In this document: one piece after another, positions 24,662 to 34,892 of the stretch
Numbering within the stretch: position 1 is the first letter of the stretch
Layout of the letters: every line of letters begins with the position of its first letter
NCBI GenBank assembly: GCA_963662585.1
Contig: OY759729.1
Coordinates: forward strand, 2,368,001 to 2,432,000
Length of the DNA: 64,000 nucleotides
Direction of reading: 5' to 3'
Source of the DNA: Candidatus Cloacimonadales bacterium
GTDB taxonomy: Bacteria; Cloacimonadota; Cloacimonadia; Cloacimonadales; JAFGVF01
Position numbers and translations under genes: made by a program
Notes under the pieces: generated by a model
Told to the model about the DNA's origin: nothing
The model's database searches: none
Seen by the model: the letters and a program-made list of their open reading frames with translations, nothing else

Positions 24662-24812
24662 TAATATTTTTTATATACACTCTATAGTCTCTTACTGTTT
24701 AACAACAGTAAGAGAAATGAAAAGTTAATAATTAAAAGTGAAAAATTATTAATAGTTCAAGCACACATAAATACTTAAAAAATTTTAATAATCATTTTTG
24801 ACAGGGGTCAAA

Positions 24813-24928
24813 GATGGTGGTAATAGCAGTGAGGATATACCTGTTCCCATTCCGAACACAGAAGTCAAGCTCACTCACGTCGATGATACTGCACTGGCAA
24901 CGGTGTGGGAAAGTAGATAGCCGCCATC
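24813..24928 (+). rRNA. rrf: 5S rRNA
   Basis: CCTGTTCCCATTCCGAACACAGAAGTCAAGC, GATGATACT, GGGAAAGTAG...GCCGCCA. Confidence 0.97.
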
Positions 24929-25020
24929 TTTGACCCCTGTTTTTGCTACGCAAAATGAGGGGGAGACATAGTGAGGGGGAGAAATTTAGTATTGCTTCGC
25001 AATTAGAATTTAAACTTTCA

Positions 25021-25067
25021 ACAGGGGGAAAAGATGAACTACTTCAGTCCGCCATCTTTGACCCCTG
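25021..25067. repeat. Duplicated 5S flanking stem (mini-hairpin), followed by a T-run
   Basis: CCGCCATCTTTGACCCCTG at 25049..25067 repeats 24921..24939; ACAGGGGGAAAAGATG resembles 24801..24816. Confidence 0.7.
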
Positions 25068-25319
25068 CTTTTTTATTATGGAGTGGAGACCTCTTCTATG
25101 GAGTGGAAGCGTCTCTGCTTCCACCCTGAAAAGACCATCATTTCAGGAGATTCAGGAAAACAAGCTTTACCATCTGCAGGCAGTGACGCCTACAGTCTAT
25201 AGGAGACTTCTTCAGTCGGACTGTGGAGATTCTCTCCGCCATCTTCAGTCGTAAGACTGAAGATAATAATAATTTTCCAAGTTTCGCAATGTGTTATCAA
25301 TAGCAGATTAAATTGTATC

Positions 25320-25472
25320 GTCCGAAGTCCCTTGCCTACGGCCGAGGAACTCCGGTCTTCAGCTATTTCTTTTGTCCGAAGTCCCTTGTCTAGGGCCGAG
25401 GAACTCCGGTCTTCAACTATTTATTTCGCCCGAAGTCCCTTGCCTACAGCTGAGGAACTCCAGTCTTCAGCT
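25320..25472. repeat. Three tandem 54-bp REP-like units
   Basis: CCGAAGTCCCTTG.CTA..GC.GAGGAACTCC.GTCTTCA.CT starting at 25322, 25376 and 25430. Confidence 0.85.
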
Positions 25473-25548
25473 TGTCCACTATCCGACAGAAGAGAAGCAG
25501 AGATGCTTTTATTCCATAAGCCTCATCTTTCGATATTACTTCAATCAT

Positions 25549-25600
25549 TGTCACTGGAAGTTTAAACTGGTACACTTTTAGAAGTCATAACTGGTACACT
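25549..25600. mobile_element. Orphan IS21-like terminal repeat
   Basis: TGTCA start followed by two AACTGGTACACT repeats at a 24-bp period; no transposase nearby. Confidence 0.45.
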
Positions 25601-25968
25601 GTTGTAAATATCTTTCTCCCTCCAGTATTTAGGAGGGTTTGCATCCCTTGCTGACAAATGGCATCCCGCTGGGATTGATTTAAGACAAGATGTTTCTTAG
25701 GAGTTCTAAATTAACAATCAAAACTATTTTTAACTATTTTAAGCAAAAGTGACCAAATTTGTGAAAAGTTGACCCTAGATATAAGTGAGATAGTTAAAAT
25801 ATATTTAATATCTAATAGTCTCATATCTTGGGAAATTATCTTCAAACAATACATGAAAACTCTACCAATAACACAATATTATCTCCTATGAAGGCTAAAT
25901 TTAGCTAAGTTTTAGTGAGGTTAACTACACTATTTAGGCACTTTTAGGCCAAAAAACAAAAATAAATA

Positions 25969-26050
25969 TTAGCAGTCTAAGATTTTGTTTGACAGTTTTT
26001 CATATTATATTATTTTGTCATTATTAGCAGAAAGAATAAAAGATTGCTAA
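25969..26050 (+). promoter_or_regulatory. hrcA operon promoter with CIRCE operator(s)
   Basis: TTAGCAGAA-N9-GATTGCTAA at 26024..26050; second degenerate site TTAGCAGTC-N9-GTTTGACAG at 25969..25995 overlapping the TTGACA -35. Confidence 0.8.
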
Positions 26051-26059
26051 AGAGGTAAT

Positions 26060-27109
26060 ATGAAAAAGAATGAAATTAGACTCAATGTGACTTTAAAGAA
26101 TTTGATTGATGAGTATATTTTAAACAATGAAGAGATATCTTCTAGGATACTTTTTGAGAAGTATATGAAAGATGTCAGCTCAGCAACATTACGCATAGAT
26201 TTGAATAAATTAGAGCAGTGCGGTTACATTTGGCAACCTCATACTTCTGCAGGTAGAATACCAACTGTGAAAGGCTTTAAGAAGTATGTTGAGTTACTTT
26301 CTGAAGAATTGAAAGAACTGTCTTATCCTCGATTAGAGAATCTTAGAGAATTGCTTATTAATAACTATAAAGATACCCCCTTAGGCTTGCATTATATTAT
26401 ACAGATATTAGCTCAAGAATCAGATCAGCTCTCTTTTGTTGCTGAACCTGAAATTTCTAATGGTACTCTTTCCAATATAGATGTTTTTAATATTGGCAAT
26501 AACAAATTATTGTTTGTTGTTAGTTTAGATTCAGGAATGGATAAAACTGTCATTATCAATTGCAAATATGAGATTAATGAACAACAGCTAAAGAAGCTAG
26601 TCAAATATGTAAGAGATGAGTATCTTGGACTAAGAATTTACGACATTATCAATAAGTATCTATTAGAAATGATAGATAATAAAGAAGAACCAACAAGTCT
26701 TATGAATTTATTCTTAAACGAACTTCATAATGCATTAGTAGAGATTAGTGGATATTTTATTCACTTTGATGGTAATATGGCTTTTATCGAGCAACCTGAG
26801 TTTGATAATAAAGAAAATATAATGAAATTTTTCAATATAATTCAGAGACAGGACTTACTAATCAATGCTATGCAAGAACATGATGAAAATCGTGATTATG
26901 AAGTGCTTATGGGAGATACACTGAACGATGGCTTATGGCACGAATTTGTACTCATTTATGCTAAGTATGAATTGTTTGATATTCCAGGATATTTAGGAAT
27001 AGTAAGTCCTTTAAGAAACGATTATCGTAAGAATATCTCTATGGTAAGGGATATTGCTAAAACAATTACTGAAACTACACGCAGAGGTAGAATTGTTCCA
27101 AAGTTCTAA
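26060..27109 (+). CDS. hrcA: Heat-inducible transcription repressor HrcA
   Basis: SSATLR, QPHTSAGRIPT, EQPEF motifs; first gene of the grpE-dnaK-dnaJ operon. Confidence 0.93.
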   Translation: MKKNEIRLNVTLKNLIDEYILNNEEISSRILFEKYMKDVSSATLRIDLNKLEQCGYIWQPHTSAGRIPTVKGFKKYVELLSEELKELSYPRLENLRELLINNYKDTPLGLHYIIQILAQESDQLSFVAEPEISNGTLSNIDVFNIGNNKLLFVVSLDSGMDKTVIINCKYEINEQQLKKLVKYVRDEYLGLRIYDIINKYLLEMIDNKEEPTSLMNLFLNELHNALVEISGYFIHFDGNMAFIEQPEFDNKENIMKFFNIIQRQDLLINAMQEHDENRDYEVLMGDTLNDGLWHEFVLIYAKYELFDIPGYLGIVSPLRNDYRKNISMVRDIAKTITETTRRGRIVPKF

Positions 27110-27120
27110 GGAGTTTTGAC

Positions 27121-27765
27121 ATGGCAAAAAAGAAAACTAAAAAGCAAAAAAAAGAAAAAAAAGAAATAAATAAGGATAAAGAAGCTAAGATGTCATTAGA
27201 AAAAGAAAAAAAAGAAGAAGATATTGAACTTCAAGATGAAGAGCTTGAAACAAGGGAAGAGCAAGCACCGGAAGAGGTCAATCGGGAAAAACAGTTAGAA
27301 GATGATATTGCTCACTGGAAAGATAAATATGTGAGATCAATGGCTGAATTTGAAAATTATCGTAAAAGAACAATGAAAGAGAAATCAGATTGGATTAAAA
27401 GTTCGAATGAAGGAATCTTGATACCTATCTGCGATATAATAGACAACTTTGAAAGAGCGATGGGGCAGATGAAAGATGATCATCATGAAGACCCATTTAT
27501 CAAAGGCATTGTTCAAATTAAACAACAGCTTGATAATTTACTTGTTAAAGAGCATGTTGAGAAGATAGAAGCAGAAGGAAAAGATTTTGATCCTGCAGTG
27601 CATGAAGCTTTGGCTCATATTCCTTCAGATTTAGAAGAAAACAAGATTGTAGCTGTGATTCAAAATGGCTACAAATTATATGATAAAGTAATAAGAACAG
27701 CGAGAGTAGCTGTTTCAAATGGACAAGCTGTCCCATCCCAATCAGAAGAAAATAATAAAGAATAA
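27121..27765 (+). CDS. grpE: Nucleotide exchange factor GrpE
   Basis: AEFENYRKR, DNFERA, FDPAVHEA, GYKL..KVIR.ARVAV. Confidence 0.96.
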   Translation: MAKKKTKKQKKEKKEINKDKEAKMSLEKEKKEEDIELQDEELETREEQAPEEVNREKQLEDDIAHWKDKYVRSMAEFENYRKRTMKEKSDWIKSSNEGILIPICDIIDNFERAMGQMKDDHHEDPFIKGIVQIKQQLDNLLVKEHVEKIEAEGKDFDPAVHEALAHIPSDLEENKIVAVIQNGYKLYDKVIRTARVAVSNGQAVPSQSEENNKE

Positions 27766-27779
27766 AGTGGAGGTAAGAA

Positions 27780-29732
27780 ATGGGAAAAATTATTGGTATA
27801 GACTTAGGAACAACTAATAGTTGTGTGGCTGTTGTAGAAGGTGGAAAAGCAGTTGTAATTACTAATGCAGAAGGTTCAAGAACAACCCCATCAGTAATTG
27901 GTTTTACAAAAGATGGAAATAGAGTGATTGGTAAATTAGCAAAGAACCAAGCTATCACAAACCCAAAAAACACCGTTTATTCTATAAAAAGATTTATGGG
28001 TAGAGGTTTTGATGAAGTATCAAACGAAATTACACAGGTTCCTTATAAAGTAATCTCTGGTGTAAGAAATCAAGCTGCTGTTCATATTGATGTGGAAAAC
28101 AAAGATTTTACTCCACAAGAAATCTCAGCTCTTATCTTAACAAAAATGAAAGAGACTGCTGAAGAGTATCTTGGTGAAAAAGTAACTGAAGCTGTGATTA
28201 CAGTTCCTGCTTACTTCAATGATGCTCAGCGTCAGGCTACCAAAGATGCTGGTAAAATTGCTGGTTTAGATGTAAAGAGAATCATTAATGAACCAACTGC
28301 TGCAGCTTTATCTTATGGTGTAGAAAACAAAAAAGAACAAAAAATTGCTGTTTATGACCTTGGTGGAGGTACTTTTGATATCTCTATCTTAGATATTTCT
28401 GATGGTGTTGTGGAAGTTCTTTCAACTAATGGTGATACTCACCTTGGTGGTGATGATTTTGATAAAAGAATCATTGATTGGATGCTTAATGAATTCAAGA
28501 AACAAGAAGGAATGGATTTATCAGGCGATGCAATGGCTATGCAAAGACTTAAAGAAGCTGCAGAGAAAGCTAAGATTGAACTTTCAGGAACTCAATCAAC
28601 AAATATTAATCTTCCTTTCATCACAGCAGATGCTTCAGGTCCTAAACATTTAAATCTTAACTTAAATAGAAGTGAATTTAATAGATTAGTTTCTGATCTT
28701 GTAGAAAGATCTTTAGACCCATGTAAAAAAGCTATGAAAGATGCAGGTATCTCACTTAATGAAATCAACGAAGTGTTATTAGTTGGTGGATCTACTCGTA
28801 TTCCTGCAGTTCAAGAAGCAGTTGAAGGATATTTTGGTAAAAAAGCTAATAAGAGTGTTAACCCTGATGAAGTTGTAGCTATTGGTGCTGCTATTCAAGG
28901 TGGTATTCTTGGTGGTGATTCTAATATGAATGATGTTCTTCTTCTTGATGTGACACCTCTTTCACTTGGTATAGAAACTTTAGGTGGAATCTCAACAGTT
29001 CTTATTCCTAGAAATACTACTATTCCTACTAAGAAGAGCCAAGTATTCTCTACAGCTGTTGATAACCAACCTGCTGTTGATATCAAAGTTCTTCAAGGTG
29101 AAAGAAAAATGGCTAATGATAATAAAGTTCTCGGAAACTTCCAGTTAGTTGGTATTGCTCCAGCACCTCGTGGCGTTCCTCAAATCGAAGTTACTTTTGA
29201 TATCGATGCTAACGGAATCATCAATGTAACTGCTTCTGATAAAGGTACTGGCAAAAAACATTCAATAAAGATTGACAGAGCAGGTACTCTCTCAGAAGAT
29301 GATATCGAAAAAATGGTCAAAGATGCTGAATTGCATGCTGATGAAGATAAGAAAAAAGCTGATGTAATTATTGCACGAAATGAATTAGATAGTGTTATTT
29401 TCTCAACAGAAAAAGCTATCAAAGACTACGGTGATAAAGTTTCTCCTGAAGAGAAAAAAGCTGCTGAAGAAGCAGTTGCAGAAGCAAAGAAAATTCATGA
29501 AAACGCTGGCTTAACTTCTGAAGAATACACTAAAGCTAAAGATGAACTAGCTCAAAAAGCTCAGAAGATTGGGGAAGCAATGTATGCAGACATGCAACAA
29601 CAGCAAGGTGCTCAAGGTGGAGTAAACCCTGAAGATTTTGCTCAACAACAGCAACAACAACAAGAAGAACAAAGTAATGACGGTCCTATGGATGCTGAAT
29701 ACGAAGTTGTTGATGACGAAGATGATAAATAA
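27780..29732 (+). CDS. dnaK: Chaperone DnaK
   Basis: [39 protein letters not shown]. Confidence 0.99.
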   Translation: MGKIIGIDLGTTNSCVAVVEGGKAVVITNAEGSRTTPSVIGFTKDGNRVIGKLAKNQAITNPKNTVYSIKRFMGRGFDEVSNEITQVPYKVISGVRNQAAVHIDVENKDFTPQEISALILTKMKETAEEYLGEKVTEAVITVPAYFNDAQRQATKDAGKIAGLDVKRIINEPTAAALSYGVENKKEQKIAVYDLGGGTFDISILDISDGVVEVLSTNGDTHLGGDDFDKRIIDWMLNEFKKQEGMDLSGDAMAMQRLKEAAEKAKIELSGTQSTNINLPFITADASGPKHLNLNLNRSEFNRLVSDLVERSLDPCKKAMKDAGISLNEINEVLLVGGSTRIPAVQEAVEGYFGKKANKSVNPDEVVAIGAAIQGGILGGDSNMNDVLLLDVTPLSLGIETLGGISTVLIPRNTTIPTKKSQVFSTAVDNQPAVDIKVLQGERKMANDNKVLGNFQLVGIAPAPRGVPQIEVTFDIDANGIINVTASDKGTGKKHSIKIDRAGTLSEDDIEKMVKDAELHADEDKKKADVIIARNELDSVIFSTEKAIKDYGDKVSPEEKKAAEEAVAEAKKIHENAGLTSEEYTKAKDELAQKAQKIGEAMYADMQQQQGAQGGVNPEDFAQQQQQQQEEQSNDGPMDAEYEVVDDEDDK

Positions 29733-29745
29733 ATAAATATATAGT

Positions 29746-29778
29746 TATCAGAGAACGGTTAAAGGCCGTTCTCTGATA
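29746..29778 (+). terminator. Hairpin after dnaK
   Basis: TATCAGAGAACGG...CCGTTCTCTGATA. Confidence 0.65.
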
Positions 29779-29858
29779 TTAACAAATCATTAATACAATG
29801 AATAATGATAAATAAATTGATGGTTTGTTTATCAATATTCATAAAGAAGTGAGGAAAG

Positions 29859-31025
29859 ATGGCAAAAAGAGATTATTATGAAGTTCTGGGAGTAGAAAAA
29901 AGTGCTTCCGACTCTGAGATAAAAAAAGCATATAGAAAATTAGCAATGAAGTACCATCCTGATAAAGCAGGAGATGATAAAGAGGCTGAAGAAAAGTTTA
30001 AGGAAGCCTCTGAAGCTTATGAAGTTTTAAGTGATTCTGATAAAAAAGCTCGTTATGACCAATATGGCCATGCCGGTTTAGAAGGTGCTTTTGGTCAAGG
30101 TGGATTTAATTGGAGTGACTTCACTCATGCCGGTGATTTCTCTGATCTATTTGGTGAAGGTGGTTTCTCCAGTATTTTTGAGCAGTTCTTTGGTGGCTTT
30201 GGTGGCGGCGGTGGTCGTGGAGCTAGTAGAGGTCAAAGAAAGAATCGTGGGGAAGACCTTCAATTAGAAATATCTATTTCCCTTAAAGAAGTTAATGATG
30301 GGGCTGAGAAAAAGCTTAAGATAAAAGTTAAAGATACGTGTGACACTTGTAATGGCTCTGGTTCTGCTGATGGTTCTACTGAGACTTGTAGCCAATGTAA
30401 TGGTCAAGGTCAAGTTCGCCAAGTAAGACAATCCTTGTTTGGCCAAATTCAGACCGTAGCTGAGTGTCCTACCTGTCATGGTAAAGGTAAAATTATTAAA
30501 AATAAGTGTTCTAAATGTACTGGTTCAGGTAGAGTTGATACCTTTAAAGAAATTAAAATTAAGATACCTGCTGGGATTGATGATGGACAGTACTTCCGTC
30601 TTAGAGGACAAGGTAATGTAGGACTCAACAATGGTGAGCGCGGTGATATAATAGTTTTAGTACATATAAAAGAAAATGACTTGTTTGAAAGAGATGGGGC
30701 AAACTTAATTCTAGAATATCCTATCAGTTTTTCTCAAGCTGCTTTAGGTGATGAAGTAAAAGTGCCAACAATTAATGGTAAGATAAAACTGAAAGTCCCT
30801 GAAGGAACCCAATCAGGAAAAGTTCTGAGATTAAGAGGGCAAGGATTACCTCATGTTAATTCTACTTATAAAGGTGATCTTTATATTAAATTAATGGTAA
30901 TTACTCCAACTAAACTATCTTCTCGTGAAAAAGAACTGCTCCAAGAACTTCAAACCTTTGATAGTGATAAAAAGATGAAACCAGGTAAAGGTTTCTTTGA
31001 TAAACTAAAAGAATTTTTATTCTAA
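29859..31025 (+). CDS. dnaJ: Chaperone DnaJ
   Basis: HPD J-domain, G/F-rich linker, four CxxCxGxG repeats. Confidence 0.99.
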   Translation: MAKRDYYEVLGVEKSASDSEIKKAYRKLAMKYHPDKAGDDKEAEEKFKEASEAYEVLSDSDKKARYDQYGHAGLEGAFGQGGFNWSDFTHAGDFSDLFGEGGFSSIFEQFFGGFGGGGGRGASRGQRKNRGEDLQLEISISLKEVNDGAEKKLKIKVKDTCDTCNGSGSADGSTETCSQCNGQGQVRQVRQSLFGQIQTVAECPTCHGKGKIIKNKCSKCTGSGRVDTFKEIKIKIPAGIDDGQYFRLRGQGNVGLNNGERGDIIVLVHIKENDLFERDGANLILEYPISFSQAALGDEVKVPTINGKIKLKVPEGTQSGKVLRLRGQGLPHVNSTYKGDLYIKLMVITPTKLSSREKELLQELQTFDSDKKMKPGKGFFDKLKEFLF

Positions 31026-31041
31026 AATAAATATTATATTT

Positions 31042-31079
31042 TCCTTGCGGGAGTAATTTAGCTTTCGCAAGGATTTTTT
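31042..31079 (+). terminator. Terminator after dnaJ
   Basis: TCCTTGCGGGAG...CTTTCGCAAGGA followed by a T-run. Confidence 0.6.
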
Positions 31080-31110
31080 ACTATAAGATTATATTTTATG
31101 AGGACTTAAT

Positions 31111-31827
31111 ATGTCATGTTTTTATACTCCAGAATTAGCTTCTAGCTCTAAAGAAATAACCATTATTGGTTCTGAACATCACCATATTACTAAAGTATTT
31201 CGTTTCAATGTGGGAAAAGAAATATTCCTAAACTCTGGGAATGGGCTTTATGCTAAAGCTCTTATCAGAGATATTCAGAAGAAATCCCTCACTTGTGAAA
31301 TAATAGAGTTTATACCAAGAGAAAAATACTCTCCAGATATCGCAGTAGCATTCTCTCTTTTAAGAAATAAAAATGATCACTTATTAGTGGAAAAATTAAC
31401 AGAGTTAGGTGTTGCGGAGTTCTTTCCCTTTGAATCAGAATATTCAGTAAGAAAAGCTTCTAATAATACTAGAGATAAATTTTTAATTACTGCTATCGAA
31501 GCAATAAAACAGTGTGATAATGGTTATCTTCCCATTGTTAATGAAACAAAAAACCTTAAAGCCCAATTAGCAGAGATTGAAAAGAAAAATTATAATATCT
31601 TAGTTGCTTCTGAAAAAGAGCTGTCTGTAAGCTTAAAGGATATTATTTCTAATAACTTAGATCAGCCTGTCTGTGTTGTGATAGGTCCTGAAGGTGGTTT
31701 TTCTCTTAAGGAGTTTGAATATTTTACTGATAGACAATATCAACAGTATAAGTTAGGAATTAATATTTTAAGAGCTGAGACTGCGGCAATCTGTGCTGTC
31801 TCTCAGATTATTAATATTTTACTTTAA
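31111..31827 (+). CDS. rsmE: 16S rRNA m3U1498 methyltransferase
   Basis: HITKVFR, EKLTELGV, EAIKQC, IGPEGGFS, LG.NILRAETA. Confidence 0.95.
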   Translation: MSCFYTPELASSSKEITIIGSEHHHITKVFRFNVGKEIFLNSGNGLYAKALIRDIQKKSLTCEIIEFIPREKYSPDIAVAFSLLRNKNDHLLVEKLTELGVAEFFPFESEYSVRKASNNTRDKFLITAIEAIKQCDNGYLPIVNETKNLKAQLAEIEKKNYNILVASEKELSVSLKDIISNNLDQPVCVVIGPEGGFSLKEFEYFTDRQYQQYKLGINILRAETAAICAVSQIINILL

Positions 31828-32454
31828 GGTATTTAGGTTTCTCACTTTACCTAAGAGAGCTGCCAAAGCAGGATAGATATCCATATTTTCAACTACCACA
31901 TTCTCGGGTACATTTAGTTTTTTGGGGGTGAAGTTCCAGATCCCTTGAATTCCAGCTTCTATCATTTCATTTGCTAACTTTTGGGAATTCTTGGCTGTTG
32001 TTGTTAATATTGCTATCTTAACTTCTAAAATACCAATAACATCCTTTAATTTTTCTATCGGATAAACTTTTATATTGTTTATTCTTTTATCTACCTTTTC
32101 TGGGTCATTATCAAAAGCTGCAACTATCTGTAATCCTGCTTGGGCGAAACCTTCATAATTCAATAATGCATTACCCATATTTCCAACTCCAATTAAGCAA
32201 GCATCTGTAAGGTTATCCCAGTCTAAAAATTCAATACATGCTTTCAAAAGTGAATCTACTCTGTGTCCGCGTTTGGGGATACCTCTCACACCAGTCAAGG
32301 CTAAGTCCTTTCTAATTTGTGTATGATGGATATCTAGGAATCTAGATAACTCAGAAGCAGAAGTGAATTCTTGCCCTTTTTTCTGCATTGACCGCAAGAT
32401 ATATATATATTTAGGAAATCTTCTTAATGTTAAATCTGAAATTTCAAGTGACAT
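31819..32454 (-). CDS. rex: Redox-sensing transcriptional repressor Rex (divergent)
   Basis: TLRRFPKY, QIRKDL, Rossmann GVGNMG.AL..Y, AAFD.DP, GIWNFTP. Confidence 0.9.
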   Translation of the reverse strand: MSLEISDLTLRRFPKYIYILRSMQKKGQEFTSASELSRFLDIHHTQIRKDLALTGVRGIPKRGHRVDSLLKACIEFLDWDNLTDACLIGVGNMGNALLNYEGFAQAGLQIVAAFDNDPEKVDKRINNIKVYPIEKLKDVIGILEVKIAILTTTAKNSQKLANEMIEAGIQGIWNFTPKKLNVPENVVVENMDIYPALAALLGKVRNLNTLK

Positions 32455-32490
32455 AAGTTGGTGTACTCCTTTGATAATAATAATAATTAT

Positions 32491-32510
32491 ATATCGATAT
32501 TATGTGTCAA
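32491..32510 (-). promoter_or_regulatory. rex promoter -35 with adjacent palindrome ATATCGATAT
   Basis: TTGACA on the minus strand (32505..32510); palindrome at 32491..32500; related sites upstream of adh. Confidence 0.5.
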
Positions 32511-32556
32511 GAACTTTTTTTGCAGAAATAAATTTTTCTTAACGACTATGAACAAA

Positions 32557-32586
32557 ACCTATATGCTGAATAAACAGCATATAGGT
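32557..32586 (-). terminator. Hairpin after adh
   Basis: ACCTATATGCTG...CAGCATATAGGT. Confidence 0.65.
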
Positions 32587-32610
32587 GACTAACAAGAGAG
32601 ATTTATTGTT

Positions 32611-33822
32611 TTACTTCATTGGATGTAGGCTACTACTATAAATGTTACTGATAATATCATCAGTAGCACCGACAGGAGCAATAGCTATCAAACCACCTAA
32701 AGAAGGAGTTTCGCGAACTAATTTTACTAATTTGTCTATATCTTTTTCTGAGAAACCTTCATCAGAAAGCTTCTGAGTTACTCCCATAGAGAATAACCAC
32801 TCTTCAACACCTTTAGCTAATTGATGAGCCTCATCAGGAATTCCTTTTAAGTTTGGAACAATAGGGGCATAGATATCAGCTAAAACTTCTGGACATGCTG
32901 GATAGATTGTTTCTAAAACAGCAGGTAAAATCATAGCTAAACCAAGACCGTGAGCTAATTCTGGTTTCAAGGCACTTAGTGGATGTTCCAAGGCATGAGT
33001 ATAATGAAGTAAGCCGTTATCAAAAGAGATTCCACCTAAGGCTGAAGCATAAGTTAAGAAATAACGAGCTTCTAGGTTAGTAAGATCTTCTTTAATCACT
33101 GGTAGGTATTTATGAACTAATCTAATTGTCTCTTGAGCTGTTAAAATTGAATATGGTGAAGCTACAGTTGTGGTTGCAGATTCAGTAACATGATTTAAAG
33201 CATCGATGGAAACAAAGAGAGTTTGATGAAGTGGAAGGTCTTTCATTAAAGCAGGATCATCTATTGCCCAGGTAGGGTAGATGCAATCATAAGCTATAGC
33301 AGGCTTATAATCTTTAGCAGTGATAGTAACCACAGCGAATCTGTTTACTTCAGTACCTGTTCCATGGGTAGTATTAATTGCTAAGATTGGAGCTGCTTTA
33401 GTTGGCACAAAGACACCTTCATAAAGTTCAGCACAAGTATTAGTTGGATATTCCATCATGATAGCTACACTTTTGGCTGTATCAATAGGTGAACCACCAC
33501 CAATACCAATTACTGCTTTAGCCCCAAATTCTAAGGCTATTTTTCTTGCTTCATCAACAGCTGTATCAGTTGGATTAGGAGTTACTTTAGCGAAATTGAT
33601 AAAACTTATGTTGTGTTTGTTAAGTGATTTCTCTATTACATCCCAAGCTCCACATGTTTTATAAGAGCTTCTGCCACTAATTACGATAACTTTATCTATT
33701 CCTTTAGCTATCATTTCATCAGCTATATCATCAATTTTATGAATAGCTCCTACACCAAAATAATCTTTCACTGCAGTTCTGAGTTCAAACACGGCATTGA
33801 TATCAGTTTTTCTTTCGTACAT
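32611..33822 (-). CDS. Iron-containing alcohol dehydrogenase (AdhA-like)
   Basis: GGGSPIDTAK, NTTHGTGTE, DALNH, HALEH and HGLG motifs; N-terminus resembles thermococcal/Thermoanaerobacter AdhA. Confidence 0.92.
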   Translation of the reverse strand: MYERKTDINAVFELRTAVKDYFGVGAIHKIDDIADEMIAKGIDKVIVISGRSSYKTCGAWDVIEKSLNKHNISFINFAKVTPNPTDTAVDEARKIALEFGAKAVIGIGGGSPIDTAKSVAIMMEYPTNTCAELYEGVFVPTKAAPILAINTTHGTGTEVNRFAVVTITAKDYKPAIAYDCIYPTWAIDDPALMKDLPLHQTLFVSIDALNHVTESATTTVASPYSILTAQETIRLVHKYLPVIKEDLTNLEARYFLTYASALGGISFDNGLLHYTHALEHPLSALKPELAHGLGLAMILPAVLETIYPACPEVLADIYAPIVPNLKGIPDEAHQLAKGVEEWLFSMGVTQKLSDEGFSEKDIDKLVKLVRETPSLGGLIAIAPVGATDDIISNIYSSSLHPMK

Positions 33823-34089
33823 TTTCTACTCCTTTTCTATCTTTTAATTACTTTAAATCAATATGTATATATCGAAATAAATTTGATATGCATTTTGTGT
33901 CAAGAACTATTTTTCATATATTATCTTATAATAAGTGCATTATAGGGAAATATGGCTTATCATCGAGATAAATCAAGATGAAATAAATAAAATAATATTA
34001 TATCGATATATCTTTCTAGTGTTAAATTAGCAAATTAATTTATTGACTAGAAATATGAAATGTTATTAATTTACCAATTAAGAGGTGTT

Positions 34090-34854
34090 ATGTTTAAAGA
34101 GTTATTATTTATAAAAATTAAAGGAATAGAGATTCCTATAGAAATAAAAAGATTTAGTAAATCCCGAGGCATAAAGTTAATGGGTGTTGGTAGTAATATT
34201 CGGGTAACTACGACCCCCTATATTAGTAGAACTAAGATAAAAGAGATTCTTAAGCCATATAGAGAGAAGATTCATGATCTTTTTATGCTAGGGATTCAAG
34301 AAGAGCAAATGGAGCAGGAGAAGAAGGATAATTTAGAGCTGTATGCTTATGTAGAAGGATTTCAATGTGAGCTAGTATATAAAGAGTTTCAAGGTCCAAT
34401 TATAAGTCCATTTCTTGACAAGAAGCAGATTATTATAAGCATGAAAGAAGAGCTAAACTATGCTAATGTTTATAAGGAATTAGATAAGTTTTACACCAAT
34501 ATCGCAAAGAAATATCTGCCAAAATATTTTGAATATTATCTTCCTTGTTTTAATTCAGCTACAAAACCTGAATTGAGAGTAAAGAAAATGCTTAGACAGT
34601 GGGGTAATTGTAAGAAATCAACACAGGTTATAACTTTAAATTCTCATTTAATAAAGTTACCTTCAGAGCTGATTGGTTATATTGTATTTCATGAATTAGC
34701 TCATCTAGTAGAAGCTAATCATGGTAAAGATTTTTACAAAATTATTGAGCATAAATATCCTAATAGAAAAGAGCTTGATAGAAGATTAAAGAACTGGTCT
34801 TTTATTTTAAATGATAATTATATAGAGGAGTATTCAGGTGAAAAATCCAGTTAA
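34090..34854 (+). CDS. YgjP/DUF45 (M48-like) metalloprotein
   Basis: QWGNC, ITLNSHL, YIVFHELAHL..NHGKDFY; likely ATG at 34090 after AGAGG. Confidence 0.88.
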   Translation: MFKELLFIKIKGIEIPIEIKRFSKSRGIKLMGVGSNIRVTTTPYISRTKIKEILKPYREKIHDLFMLGIQEEQMEQEKKDNLELYAYVEGFQCELVYKEFQGPIISPFLDKKQIIISMKEELNYANVYKELDKFYTNIAKKYLPKYFEYYLPCFNSATKPELRVKKMLRQWGNCKKSTQVITLNSHLIKLPSELIGYIVFHELAHLVEANHGKDFYKIIEHKYPNRKELDRRLKNWSFILNDNYIEEYSGEKSS

Positions 34855-34892
34855 AAAGGTATGTGCCATTCATGATTTAGCTGGGTTAGGTC
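34826..34892 (+). repeat. Duplicated pdxK RBS and 5' end (left islet boundary)
   Basis: 34838..34892 is identical to 39702..39756 (55 bp); extends to 67 bp with 2 mismatches. Confidence 0.92.

Noticed and set aside
24943..25581. ORFs 24943, 25332 and 25372
   Set aside because: Translations of REP-like and tandem repeats; no RBS or protein-like features.
29595..29670. Poly-Gln tract at the DnaK C-terminus
   Set aside because: Low-complexity disordered tails are ordinary for DnaK.
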